Shown one piece after another: positions 38,696 through 48,528 of a stretch of 64,000 nt of DNA; position 1 is the stretch's first letter; each line of letters starts with the position of its first letter. Below the pieces are notes generated by a model that was given only the letters and a program-made list of their open reading frames with translations, searched no databases and was not told the DNA's origin. Origin of the DNA: a virus; IMG/VR virus record IMGVR_UViG_3300025141_011586, positions 9,169 through 73,168 of that record; one strand, written 5' to 3'. The position numbers and the translations under genes were made by a program.

Positions 38696-39417
38696 TTAGG
38701 ATCCTCACCACCCTTTTCAATGCCGAGGAGTATATCGCTAACTGCCTCGATAGTATCATTAGCCAGGAAGAGAAGGATTGGGTGTGCTACGTTACTGATG
38801 ATATGTCTACAGATTCCTCCGCTGAGACTGTGAAAGAATTTTGTGAAAAGGACTCTAGGATTAAGCTAATCAGGAATAGAGAAAAGAAGTATCAGCTAGG
38901 AAACTACGCTCAGGTGATGGAGCTAGACGAAATAGATGACGAAGACATTGTTATAACTGTGGATGGGGATGACTGCCTCCCTGACCCGAAGGTCTTCACT
39001 AGGGTTAAGGAAGCCTACTCTGATGGGAACACTTGGGTAACCTACGGGCAGTTCGTTCAGTGGCATGGTGAAAAGAATTTGTCTATGGGATTCTCCTCGC
39101 CTCCTGAGGACTTCTCTAAGCTCCGTGAAGCGAGGCAAACGATCTCACACCTTAGGACGTTTCGCGCTTTTTTGTGGCGCAGGATCAAACCTGAGGACTT
39201 CCTGGACGATAATGGAGAGACTATACAATGCGCTGGAGACATAGCGTTCATGTTCCCAATGCTTGAGATGGCAGGAGAGAAAAGATCAAAATTTCTTTCC
39301 GACATAAACTATGTCTATAATCTAGATACCGATCTTAACGTTCACAAAAAAGAGTTAGGTAAGCAGTTGGATATGGCAGTGTTAATAAGGAGTAAGGAGC
39401 CTTACCGAGAATTATGA
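38692..39417 (+). CDS. Glycosyltransferase family 2
   Basis: FNAEEYIANCLDSI, DDMSTD, VDGDD. Confidence 0.9.
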   Translation: MIRILTTLFNAEEYIANCLDSIISQEEKDWVCYVTDDMSTDSSAETVKEFCEKDSRIKLIRNREKKYQLGNYAQVMELDEIDDEDIVITVDGDDCLPDPKVFTRVKEAYSDGNTWVTYGQFVQWHGEKNLSMGFSSPPEDFSKLREARQTISHLRTFRAFLWRRIKPEDFLDDNGETIQCAGDIAFMFPMLEMAGEKRSKFLSDINYVYNLDTDLNVHKKELGKQLDMAVLIRSKEPYREL

Positions 39418-40397
39418 CGCAATTTCACATTAATTACTTGTACCCCCCACTCATAGGACCAGAGATATTTGCTCATAGATTGAGGGGAGCCTTAGAGGGT
39501 AGAGGGTGGAAATTCAGAGATTACTTCCCAGGAGGGAATGGTTTTGATGAGGAGTTTATTAATCTTGCTATTATTGAGGGGCCTTATGTCCGTGGAGCGA
39601 AAAACATCCTTAGGTTGGATGGGTTGTATTTTGATTCTGAAAATCAACTAACGGATAAACTGAACTCTCCTATTTTTAGTTGCTACGACAACTTTGATGC
39701 GGTGATCTTCCAGTCCGAATTCTCCAAGAAAATGTATGAAGCTTTCCGAGGTGAGCGGACCCCTAATTTTATAATACCTAATGGGGTGCCAGAGTATTTT
39801 TCCCCACACACAAGAGAAAATCCTTACATGCATTATCTTAAATCTAAGTACTCTAAGGTATGCATAGCTTCTGCAACTTGGAGGAGGCATAAGAGGTTGG
39901 AGGAGGTGATTGAAGCTTTTAGGGACAAATCCCTAGAGAACGTAGCCTTGGTAGTTCTCGGCGGCGAAGACTATAAACTTTCTGTGAAATCTCTCCCCCC
40001 TAATGTCATTATGCATGAGAATGTTAAGCCTCAGTCCCTGCCCCCCATGTACGTTGCAGCGGACGCTATGATTCATCTAGCGTGGTTAGACTGGTGCCCT
40101 AATACTGTGGTTGAAGCACTAGCCTGCGGAGTCCCAGTCCTATGCTCTCATAATGGTGGCACGAAAGAATTAGTCAAGGATAATGGGGTAGTAATTCAAT
40201 TAGAGGAAACTTATAAGATAGGTGAGAGAGTACCTCTGTATAACCCCCCGAAAGTTGACACTAAACAAATCGTTGCTGGCATTCTAGAAGTCTTGGAGCA
40301 TAAAACAGGGTTTGAGAGGCCAGACCTAAGTATAGAGTCTGTAGCAGACAATTATATTTCTGCCACGCAGTCTATCGACAAAAGTGAAGGGGTGTAA
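39414..40397 (+). CDS. Glycosyltransferase family 4
   Basis: IPNGV, WRRHKRL, PNTVVEALACGVPV. Confidence 0.9.
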   Translation: MTQFHINYLYPPLIGPEIFAHRLRGALEGRGWKFRDYFPGGNGFDEEFINLAIIEGPYVRGAKNILRLDGLYFDSENQLTDKLNSPIFSCYDNFDAVIFQSEFSKKMYEAFRGERTPNFIIPNGVPEYFSPHTRENPYMHYLKSKYSKVCIASATWRRHKRLEEVIEAFRDKSLENVALVVLGGEDYKLSVKSLPPNVIMHENVKPQSLPPMYVAADAMIHLAWLDWCPNTVVEALACGVPVLCSHNGGTKELVKDNGVVIQLEETYKIGERVPLYNPPKVDTKQIVAGILEVLEHKTGFERPDLSIESVADNYISATQSIDKSEGV

Positions 40398-41211
40398 GAT
40401 GGGGTTAGGAGGTCATTTAACCTGGACGGCAGCAGCGAGGGAGATAAAGAAAAAAACAGGCTTGGTATCTGTGCCAGTGAACGGTAACAATATTGTTACT
40501 GATGATATATTCAAGAATAATCCTAACTTCTCTTTTGACACCTCTGACGGGAAAGAAAAAATAATTCTGGATCTAGGAAAACCAGAAACAAATTATTGTA
40601 TTGCTGATCTCCCTGACAGAGCTATTCAAAAAACAGATAAGCACATAATAGAGACTATATGTGAGCATTACGACATACTCGACCCAGAGCTGAAATGCGA
40701 TTTATTTTTTACGGAGGAGGAGCTTGAAAAAGCGAGAGGCTTAATAAAAGATTTGCCTCTTAGATTTTTGGTCATAGAGCCTCATTCAAAAACCAGTTAT
40801 TCAATTAATAGACAATACCCTTTGGATAAATGGCAGAAGGTGGTAAACGAGTTGTCTGAGAAATTTCCTATTGTTCAAGTAGGGGTTTCTGGAAAACGTG
40901 TCCTGGATTCGGTTGTGGACCTGACAGGCCAGACAACTTTTAGGGAAGCTGCTGCTATAATAAGATTGAGTTCGCTTTTATTAAGTAATGAGGGAGGATT
41001 GGGACATGCTGCTACCGCTACAGAAACCAAAGCCCTTATCGTTCTTGGAGGCTACACAGGAGCTAAGATGGTTTGTTACCCTCAGAATATTAATATAGAT
41101 GTTGCGACACACGGACCTTGTGGAATGAAGTCGCATTGTTCGCTGTGTCAAGAAGATTATGAAAATCACAATTATGGTGAGATAGTAGAAAGGGCACTTG
41201 AAGTTTTATGA
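40384..41211 (+). CDS. Glycosyltransferase family 9-like (heptosyltransferase fold)
   Basis: GLGGHL, DLTGQTTFREAAAII, NEGGLGHAA. Confidence 0.82.
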   Translation: MKGCKMGLGGHLTWTAAAREIKKKTGLVSVPVNGNNIVTDDIFKNNPNFSFDTSDGKEKIILDLGKPETNYCIADLPDRAIQKTDKHIIETICEHYDILDPELKCDLFFTEEELEKARGLIKDLPLRFLVIEPHSKTSYSINRQYPLDKWQKVVNELSEKFPIVQVGVSGKRVLDSVVDLTGQTTFREAAAIIRLSSLLLSNEGGLGHAATATETKALIVLGGYTGAKMVCYPQNINIDVATHGPCGMKSHCSLCQEDYENHNYGEIVERALEVL

Positions 41212-41903
41212 AAGAGATTCATATAAAGAATAAGCTAAAGAAAATCGGTATGCCTGTGGATAGCTTATCCTTAGGAGACTTTGATTCTATAGGGCATTTT
41301 ACAGCGTATAAGGATAGAGCTGAGGGAAGTGAATTATATAAAAAGGTAGGTCGATTTTTCAGGCCCAATTATGAACGAGGCCTTTTGATTTACTCCCTCA
41401 TAAAAAAGCATAATTTAAAATCTTATCTGGAGGTAGGGTTCGGGAGAGGATACTCTGCTTTGTGTGCCGCAAAGGCGTTAGAGGAGAACGGCGGAGGCAA
41501 AATAACTACTATAGACCCAGCGATCCACCCACAACAGTGGGAGATGATTCAGCAAGTTTTCCCTAAGCCTTGGGTGGATATGATTACTATAGCCCAGGTG
41601 AAATCTCAAGACTATCTTGCTATGCACAAGGATAAGTATGATTTTATTTACATTGATGGGGACCATACCTATGACGCTGTGAAGGAAGATTGGGAAAACT
41701 GTAAAGATAGATACAATAACTTTCTTTTGTTCGATGATTATCATAAAACTCAGGAGAAGGAAGAAATTCAATGCTCGAAGCTGATTGATGAAATTGAAGA
41801 TGATTCTAAGGAACTTATAATTATGGATCGTCGCATATTTTTTGATGACCGTAGGGTCCCTGATAAGCAAATTGATTATGGACAGGTATTGTTAACAAAA
41901 TGA
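41208..41903 (+). CDS. Class I SAM-dependent methyltransferase (Methyltransf_24-like)
   Basis: LEVGFGRGYS, DFIYIDGDHTY, FDDY. Confidence 0.85.
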   Translation: MKEIHIKNKLKKIGMPVDSLSLGDFDSIGHFTAYKDRAEGSELYKKVGRFFRPNYERGLLIYSLIKKHNLKSYLEVGFGRGYSALCAAKALEENGGGKITTIDPAIHPQQWEMIQQVFPKPWVDMITIAQVKSQDYLAMHKDKYDFIYIDGDHTYDAVKEDWENCKDRYNNFLLFDDYHKTQEKEEIQCSKLIDEIEDDSKELIIMDRRIFFDDRRVPDKQIDYGQVLLTK

Positions 41904-42826
41904 AAATCCTATTTAGCAGAATGCCAATAGAACGTGAAACCCCTTGGGGAGGAGGGAACGTTCATCTCTACCATTTGAATGATTATTTAAAAGAGAAAGG
42001 ACATGAGGTAGTTCATTATCAGCATGTATTTGATTCCGAGTCAGGGAAGTTGGAAACGGATTTATGTTACATAACTGATCCGAGGCAGGCTGATCACATT
42101 TATGATATAGCAGAAAAATATGGTACTCCTATCATTCAGAGAGTAGGGGACTTAGGTACTCACGGGAAACCTGAGATATTAGATATCTTGAAGAGGCGAG
42201 AAAATCAGATAGATCTCTTCATCTTCCCCAGTGCCTGGGCTAGAGATTACGCTTTGCAGGCAGGACTTGTCCCATCCGATTCCAGAATTATTCCAAACGC
42301 AGTAGACCCTATTTTTGGAGATAAGCCATTGAAAGTGGTAACTCATCACTGGTCTGATAATCCTATGAAGGGGGCGGAAATATACTCTCAATTGATTAAT
42401 GATTGTGATGATCTCAATGTGGAATTTACTTACATAGGGAGGCCATGTTTCGAACTTCCTGGAATAAAATCGAAAAATTTTAAATTCATCCCTCCCCAAA
42501 CGAAAGGGGCTTTGAATACGGAACTGAGAAGGCATGATTTTTATCTCACAGCTTCCCTGCAAGAGGCTGGGGCTAATCACGTTCTTGAAGCTGTGGCCTG
42601 TGGACTCCCCGTTTACTACCATTCCGATGGTGGGTCTATACCAGAGTACTGTTCTGGGAGAGGCATTCCTTACTATTCTTATAATGAGCTTAAGAATTTT
42701 TTAAAGCCTAGATCCACAGTAGACGATATGTGCAGAGCCTACTATGACGTATTTAATAAGGTAGCACTGTTTAAAGATTTTAGCGATGATCTAGACTCGA
42801 CTGGGATCAAAAGCTCCATGCTCTAG
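41900..42826 (+). CDS. Glycosyltransferase family 4-like
   Basis: PWGGGN, IPNAVD, EAGANHVLEAVACGLPV. Confidence 0.85.
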   Translation: MKILFSRMPIERETPWGGGNVHLYHLNDYLKEKGHEVVHYQHVFDSESGKLETDLCYITDPRQADHIYDIAEKYGTPIIQRVGDLGTHGKPEILDILKRRENQIDLFIFPSAWARDYALQAGLVPSDSRIIPNAVDPIFGDKPLKVVTHHWSDNPMKGAEIYSQLINDCDDLNVEFTYIGRPCFELPGIKSKNFKFIPPQTKGALNTELRRHDFYLTASLQEAGANHVLEAVACGLPVYYHSDGGSIPEYCSGRGIPYYSYNELKNFLKPRSTVDDMCRAYYDVFNKVALFKDFSDDLDSTGIKSSML

Positions 42827-42830
42827 ATAA

Positions 42831-43508
42831 ATGCGTATTCAAATAGGTATTGATGATCTTAGTCCTCGCCCCACTCAGAGCTTAGAGCTATGGGAGAATG
42901 TACAGACGTTGTTGGACCGAGGATTGAAGGTAGATCTCTTTGTTACCTTTGCTATGAAAAGGGACTGGGATGGACCTTATCTGCTAACTGATTATCCCGA
43001 ATTCGTAGAGTCCCTGAGATCTATATCTGAATTATCTGGGGTCGCACTCAATGTGCACGGATATAAGCACAGTTGGGGCTCAAATAATAATGACGAGTTT
43101 TTATATGCTCCTAAAGATGTTTTGGCAGAGAGGCTGGATAACATTGATAGGATAATAAAAGAGACTGACCTACCATTTACGAAAGTATTCCGTCCACCAG
43201 CCTGGAAAATATCTAGGGATGGAGTTGATCTTTTAATACAACATGGCTACACTCATTTATCTTTGATTAGAGGGCGTACAGGAAATTCTTATTATTCTAA
43301 AATATATGATGTTTTAGACTTATCCAAACTTAAAGTTCATCACTGCGATAGTGCTCCTCCACATTACCCTTTAGGAGAAGGAGACATAGCCGCGACTTAC
43401 CACTTCTCAACTTTCCTAGATAACGCAATATCCAAAGAGAATTGTGATCAACTATTATCTCATATAGGAGATAAAGAAATATCTCCTTACTGGATAAAGG
43501 AGACTTAG
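42831..43508 (+). CDS. Polysaccharide deacetylase (CE4/DUF2334-like)
   Basis: IDD, HGYKH, FRPPAW motifs. Confidence 0.8.
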   Translation: MRIQIGIDDLSPRPTQSLELWENVQTLLDRGLKVDLFVTFAMKRDWDGPYLLTDYPEFVESLRSISELSGVALNVHGYKHSWGSNNNDEFLYAPKDVLAERLDNIDRIIKETDLPFTKVFRPPAWKISRDGVDLLIQHGYTHLSLIRGRTGNSYYSKIYDVLDLSKLKVHHCDSAPPHYPLGEGDIAATYHFSTFLDNAISKENCDQLLSHIGDKEISPYWIKET

Positions 43509-43509
43509 C

Positions 43510-44163
43510 ATGGGAAAAAGCGATGGGTTAATTGTTCCAACCTATAAAGCGTTACTGAAGCCAGTACCAGTAGTAACATGGGACATAAAGAATGAGGGAT
43601 TTAGACAAGAGAGAGTGCCTGGGACTACAGCCTTGTTAGGTTTTTCTGAGTGTTCCTGGGTCGGGGGAGATTGCTACGATTTGTCACTCAAGAATTGGAA
43701 TATAAACAGCGAGTGGGAACTGGATAAGAAATATGATCGAATAATTTCTACAAGGTGTCCGTATTTCTGTAAAGACCCAGAAGACTTTGTTGACAGGGTT
43801 TATGCTAATCTCAAGCCAGGGGGAACCTTTTTACTGGATTGGGGGTTAGGAGATCACTGGAGGTTTGACGATTATAAGGTAGGCTGGGTGAAGAATGGTG
43901 AGCATGAATTTGCGTATGAGAACGACAATCACTTGTGGTCTACGGTCTGGGACGATTCCTTTCTGGAGGATTCCAATTTTATAACTTTTCAGAACAATGT
44001 TAAGAAGTTTGGGTATACTGATGTTAAAAAGGCAATTCAGGAGGAGGTCCCCAAAATACTGCCGTTAAAGTATTTTGAGAGGTACTTTACTTTTCAGACA
44101 CAACTTAGGGCTCTGTGGGATGGTCGCCCTCAACTCTATATTATGGTTTTCGGGGTAAAGTGA
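43510..44163 (+). CDS. Putative SAM-dependent methyltransferase
   Basis: YDRIIS...LKPGGTFLL motif. Confidence 0.55.
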   Translation: MGKSDGLIVPTYKALLKPVPVVTWDIKNEGFRQERVPGTTALLGFSECSWVGGDCYDLSLKNWNINSEWELDKKYDRIISTRCPYFCKDPEDFVDRVYANLKPGGTFLLDWGLGDHWRFDDYKVGWVKNGEHEFAYENDNHLWSTVWDDSFLEDSNFITFQNNVKKFGYTDVKKAIQEEVPKILPLKYFERYFTFQTQLRALWDGRPQLYIMVFGVK

Positions 44164-45027
44164 ATGAAGATTGTATTCCCAGTGCCTGAGTGTACATTCT
44201 TGAGATATTTTGTACCTTTAGCTGCTGAGGCTAAGAAGAGAGGGCATGAGGTTGTGTTCAGATTTTCCTCATCGGGCAAGTATAACTGCCCTCGCCTATC
44301 CCATAATTATAAGCAGTGTAAAGAGATCATAGAGAAGTATGGTTTTGTGGAGGACGATAATGTAATAGGAGATATCTGTTTTGTCATAGAAGGCATCGGG
44401 AGGAATCTTGCTTGCGTCAGATACTCTCTTACCTATATGACTGATTTCATGTTCTTAATGGATGACTACGAACTTGACGTAGATCATATAGTCATGCCGT
44501 CCGAATATTTCGCAAAGAAGTTTAACAAGGTGAGTCCCAAAAATTTGTATCTAGGGAGCCCAAAGTATGATGTTGAGCTTAATTCACAGGACATCTTTGA
44601 AAAGTATTCGTTGGATAAAGACAAAAGATATGCGCTGATTATCTACCCTAGATCCCGAGATTTGGGGAAATTTGATATAGAGAAAATATGTAAAGAGTTA
44701 CAGGAAGATAACTTCGTTCCTATTATAAAGACGAGAGGTAAGGATCCGATAAGGGCTATACCTGACGTAAGAGGGTTTTCTGATGAGTCCTGGTTCCCCC
44801 ATACTACGATGGAATTAATTCATATATCTGACAGAATAATTAACACTGGTTCTACCATGATAAAAGAAGCAGTCATGCTGGACAAGGGCGATGCTGTAGT
44901 AAACTATAATATAAAGCCTTTTACCTTGCTGGAAGAGCTTTACGAAAACGGCGCAAAGCAAAAGTATATGCCACATACCAATGCAAGTAAAAACATCATA
45001 GATCATATGGAAGAAAATTACACATGA
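44164..45027 (+). CDS. GT-B-fold protein, putative nonulosonate/glycerophosphate transferase
   Basis: LGSPKYD and STMIKEA motifs as in TagF/CDP-glycerol transferase-like and sialyltransferase-like proteins; adjacent to neuA. Confidence 0.5.
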   Translation: MKIVFPVPECTFLRYFVPLAAEAKKRGHEVVFRFSSSGKYNCPRLSHNYKQCKEIIEKYGFVEDDNVIGDICFVIEGIGRNLACVRYSLTYMTDFMFLMDDYELDVDHIVMPSEYFAKKFNKVSPKNLYLGSPKYDVELNSQDIFEKYSLDKDKRYALIIYPRSRDLGKFDIEKICKELQEDNFVPIIKTRGKDPIRAIPDVRGFSDESWFPHTTMELIHISDRIINTGSTMIKEAVMLDKGDAVVNYNIKPFTLLEELYENGAKQKYMPHTNASKNIIDHMEENYT

Positions 45028-45593
45028 AAGTTGTAGCAATAATACCAGCAAGAGGCGGCAGTAAAAGACTGCTTCGAAAAAATATAGCACCGATATTTAA
45101 TAGGCCTATGATGTTTTGGGCCTTGCAAGCCTGTTGGGGCTCTGCTTATAAAATTGAGCCCTGGGTCAGCACTGAGGATGAGGAAATTGTAAAAGTAGCA
45201 GCAGGCTATAGAGCTAAGGTTCACCATAGATCCCCTGATTTGGCTACGGACGATGTTTACAAGCAGGCTGTAATAAGGTCCGCAGCAAGGGACATCTTGG
45301 AGTCCGAAGAGGGTGAGCCTGATATTTGGGTCTCCCTCCAGCCTAACTCCCCAGAAATAAAAAGCCACCATCTAGATGAGGCAATAGACACTTTACTAGA
45401 GGCTAAGAGGGATGAGATATTTAGCGTGGATTTTAATTTGATGCAGAATGCTGCTTTCAGGGTTTTCAGGGGAGATTATGTTTTTCAAAAAGACCTGAGC
45501 ACTAACTGTGGCGCATACATTTGTGACATAAAAGATGTACATACTCAGGAAGATATAGATTCTATAGAACAGAGCAGATATAGTAAGTTGTGA
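45024..45593 (+). CDS. neuA: CMP-nonulosonate synthetase (acylneuraminate cytidylyltransferase)
   Basis: IIPARGGSKRLLRKN, VSTED, LQPNSP, DVHTQED. Confidence 0.9.
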   Translation: MKVVAIIPARGGSKRLLRKNIAPIFNRPMMFWALQACWGSAYKIEPWVSTEDEEIVKVAAGYRAKVHHRSPDLATDDVYKQAVIRSAARDILESEEGEPDIWVSLQPNSPEIKSHHLDEAIDTLLEAKRDEIFSVDFNLMQNAAFRVFRGDYVFQKDLSTNCGAYICDIKDVHTQEDIDSIEQSRYSKL

Positions 45594-45640
45594 AGAAGGT
45601 ATACTTTATAGACTGCGGTGCGAATATAGGCCAAAGTAAC

Positions 45641-46345
45641 ATGAAAAATATTTATATTATAAGTGAGTTGTGCGGTCAGTGGGGCGGTTCAATGGAGAAA
45701 GCCAAAACCATGATTGACCAGTCTAAAGAGGGAGGTGCTGACGCTGTGAAGGTTCAGCTCTGGGATACCTGGAAGCTCCCTGGGGATGATCGTGGGAAAT
45801 GGGAGTATCTCTCCATGAGCAAGGACCAGCTTATAGAGTTGATGAGCTACGCTTACAAAAAAGGAATTGTTCTCTTTGCCTCACCCTTCGACGAAGAGAG
45901 GTTTGGCTGGACAATAGATGTCGATCTAGAGGTGAATAAGATTGCAAGCTCAATGTTAGAGTGGGATAAACCTTTATGTGATAAGATGGTAGAGAGTAGG
46001 GTTAAGACCTATTGCTCTTTGGGAAAGTGGAGTCGCCAAGACCCATTGCCCTACACCCAGGACAACGTTATTTACATGCACTGTCTGCCTTTCTACCCAC
46101 ACTCTCACAAAGTAGCCATGGAAAATATGCCGTGGAAGTTTTCTGATCCTATCACAGGGTATAGTGATCATTCTATAGGCATTGAATCAGCTAAGGAGGC
46201 GATCAAGAGAGGAGCTACGACTATCGAGAAGCATTTCACTCTTGACCATAAGTTACAAAGCCCCACAGAGAGTGCTCATGCATGTTCTATGAATCTCGAA
46301 CAGTTAAAAGAGCTTAGAGAGTTTTGTGATGATAGAGACACCTAG
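45641..46345 (+). CDS. neuB: N-acetylneuraminate/nonulosonate synthase (NeuB/PseI/LegI family), no C-terminal AFP domain
   Basis: IISELC, GADAVKVQ, KIAS, GYSDHS, IEKHFTLD; start likely 45641. Confidence 0.9.
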   Translation: MKNIYIISELCGQWGGSMEKAKTMIDQSKEGGADAVKVQLWDTWKLPGDDRGKWEYLSMSKDQLIELMSYAYKKGIVLFASPFDEERFGWTIDVDLEVNKIASSMLEWDKPLCDKMVESRVKTYCSLGKWSRQDPLPYTQDNVIYMHCLPFYPHSHKVAMENMPWKFSDPITGYSDHSIGIESAKEAIKRGATTIEKHFTLDHKLQSPTESAHACSMNLEQLKELREFCDDRDT

Positions 46346-47039
46346 AAAAGTTTTAGTTTTTGCGGCTCACCAAGATGATGAGACCATTGGTTGTGGGGCT
46401 ACATTAAAGAAGTGGTCTTTACAGGGGTCAAAGGTAAAAGTAGTCTTTATGACTAATGGATCTCCGAATCCTATAAAAAACCAGCCTCCGAGGGAGATAA
46501 CTAAGGGGGCTCATAACCCATTCCTTCGCATGAAAGAGGCTCATCTTGCAACCAAACTTTTAGGGGTTAATGACGTAGAAACTTTTTTAGATAGTTCGAC
46601 CCAGTGCCTGCGAAACGATCAGTTAATGTTACATAGAGTGATTAAGATCATTAGAGGGTTTCAACCAGACCTAGTTCTTACTCATTGTGATATTGATAAG
46701 CATAGAGATCATAAGAGTGCATTTAATATTGTTAAAGAAGCTTGCTGGAAAGCTCAAGAAGATCTTCATCCAGAGCTAGGCTCTCAGTGGAGAGTGAGTG
46801 ATATTTGGGCTTTTGAAGTCTCTGACCTTTTACCTGAAGTAGATTTTGTTGTGGACGTAACAGAAACTTTTAAGTTCAAGAAAGAAGCGTATCGAAAGTA
46901 TATTTCTCAGCATAAATTGTTATCTAGTATGCATGATCACATAGATGGCCTTTCCAAGGTGAGGGGATCGATGATAGGGAAGGGAAAAAGAGGGGAAGCT
47001 TTTACCAGACTATCTTGTAGTCCTATTATTATATCGTGA
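46326..47039 (+). CDS. PIG-L/LmbE family N-deacetylase
   Basis: AHQDDETIGCG, HRDH motifs. Confidence 0.88.
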   Translation: MMIETPRKVLVFAAHQDDETIGCGATLKKWSLQGSKVKVVFMTNGSPNPIKNQPPREITKGAHNPFLRMKEAHLATKLLGVNDVETFLDSSTQCLRNDQLMLHRVIKIIRGFQPDLVLTHCDIDKHRDHKSAFNIVKEACWKAQEDLHPELGSQWRVSDIWAFEVSDLLPEVDFVVDVTETFKFKKEAYRKYISQHKLLSSMHDHIDGLSKVRGSMIGKGKRGEAFTRLSCSPIIIS

Positions 47040-47683
47040 AAGATAAATCTGTTGTTCTGATAACGTCCTCTGCCCCAAGACATCAATTTTTTGTGGAAAC
47101 TATGTCTGAGAGGCTTGACGTAAGACTGGTTATTTCCGAGGAAGGGGCTGTGAATACTGAGGACGTGGTTAATCTTATTAAGGATGTGGACCCAGACATT
47201 ATTTTTACATTTGGATGTAATCTCTTGAAAGGGAACATCTATAAAATTCCTAAATTAGGCTGCGTGAATATACACACAGGGTTGGTTCAGAATTACAGAG
47301 GGGTTGATAGTAGCTTTTGGGCGATGCATGACCGTAAGCCTGAAGCGGTTGGATTTACTCTACATTTTGTTGATGACTCTATCGATGCTGGTGACGTTAT
47401 TTTTCAGGAAAGGCCAAAGCTATCTAGAGCAGACAGTTTGGATGATGTATTCTTAAAGACCTGTAAGGAAGCGATTGAATCTTTGGCGCGGAAAGCCCCT
47501 GAAATAATGGAGGGAGTGGCCCCTGCCAAGCTCGCTAGGAGAGGGAAGTTATATCAATCGAAAGACATGAGCCTTGAAATAAAAACGAAGGTTGAAAAGA
47601 TGCTACCAGATGTGTTATCGGGATACCTCGATAACAAACAAGAACGAGATAAGGAGATTGAGTTAATATCATGCTTGACGTAA
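47036..47683 (+). CDS. Formyltransferase
   Basis: NIHTG..YRG, GFTLHFVDDSIDAGDVI. Confidence 0.87.
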   Translation: MKDKSVVLITSSAPRHQFFVETMSERLDVRLVISEEGAVNTEDVVNLIKDVDPDIIFTFGCNLLKGNIYKIPKLGCVNIHTGLVQNYRGVDSSFWAMHDRKPEAVGFTLHFVDDSIDAGDVIFQERPKLSRADSLDDVFLKTCKEAIESLARKAPEIMEGVAPAKLARRGKLYQSKDMSLEIKTKVEKMLPDVLSGYLDNKQERDKEIELISCLT

Positions 47684-48528
47684 TTTTATGCACTTACAAC
47701 TCAGAAGATACGATAAAAGATTGTGTTGATTCTATTTTGGGTCAAACGTTTAGTGATTTTAATTTGTACGTTTTTGACGATAACAGCAAGGATGGGACGG
47801 TGGAGTTGTTGCGAGAGTTTAACGACGATAGGATAACCCTCATCTCCTCCGAGGATAACGTTGGAACATACGCTGCGAAAAATTTTGTATTTAAGAATTT
47901 TTGCAAGTCTCAGTATATTGCCTTACATGATGCAGATGACACTAGCGAAAAAGACAGATTTGAGTCGCAGATTAATTTTATGAAGAGTTGGGGTATTCAG
48001 TGCTTGGGGACCTGTGTCACCGAATTTTGGGAAAATGGGTCCATGCCGCATACCATATCGTTAGTTGAGGAGTTAGGGTTGGGGGAAAATGAAAGGAAGA
48101 ATATATACCCAAATATGATTACGAAGGAGTCCTTGGGAGAGCTAAAGGGGGCTCTGTCTCCCAGCGGGACATATGAAAACTACGTCAATTTTAAATTTTG
48201 TATGAACGGTTCTGTTATGTTTAATAGGTTTTTGTTAGAAGACTTAGGTGGGTGGGACGGGCATGCTAGAGTAGGCGGAGATACTGATATTTTTATACGG
48301 TCTTTAGCGATTGCGAATGTCTACAACCTACAACAGTTCCTGTATAATCGTCGCTTTCATAAAAGCTCTCTAACTGCGTCAAAAGATTGGGGAATAGGGT
48401 CCAAACGTAGGAGAAAATACAACCTGAACAGGGCCGAGGTTATAGAATCAGTTTTAGAGGGAAAGACTGTTGTTAGGGATTTCTATTACCCTGAGTTTAA
48501 ACACAAAGTTATAAAATGTGTGGATTGA
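47671..48528 (+). CDS. Glycosyltransferase family 2
   Basis: TYNSEDTI, DDNSKD, HDADD. Confidence 0.9.
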   Translation: MLDVILCTYNSEDTIKDCVDSILGQTFSDFNLYVFDDNSKDGTVELLREFNDDRITLISSEDNVGTYAAKNFVFKNFCKSQYIALHDADDTSEKDRFESQINFMKSWGIQCLGTCVTEFWENGSMPHTISLVEELGLGENERKNIYPNMITKESLGELKGALSPSGTYENYVNFKFCMNGSVMFNRFLLEDLGGWDGHARVGGDTDIFIRSLAIANVYNLQQFLYNRRFHKSSLTASKDWGIGSKRRRKYNLNRAEVIESVLEGKTVVRDFYYPEFKHKVIKCVD

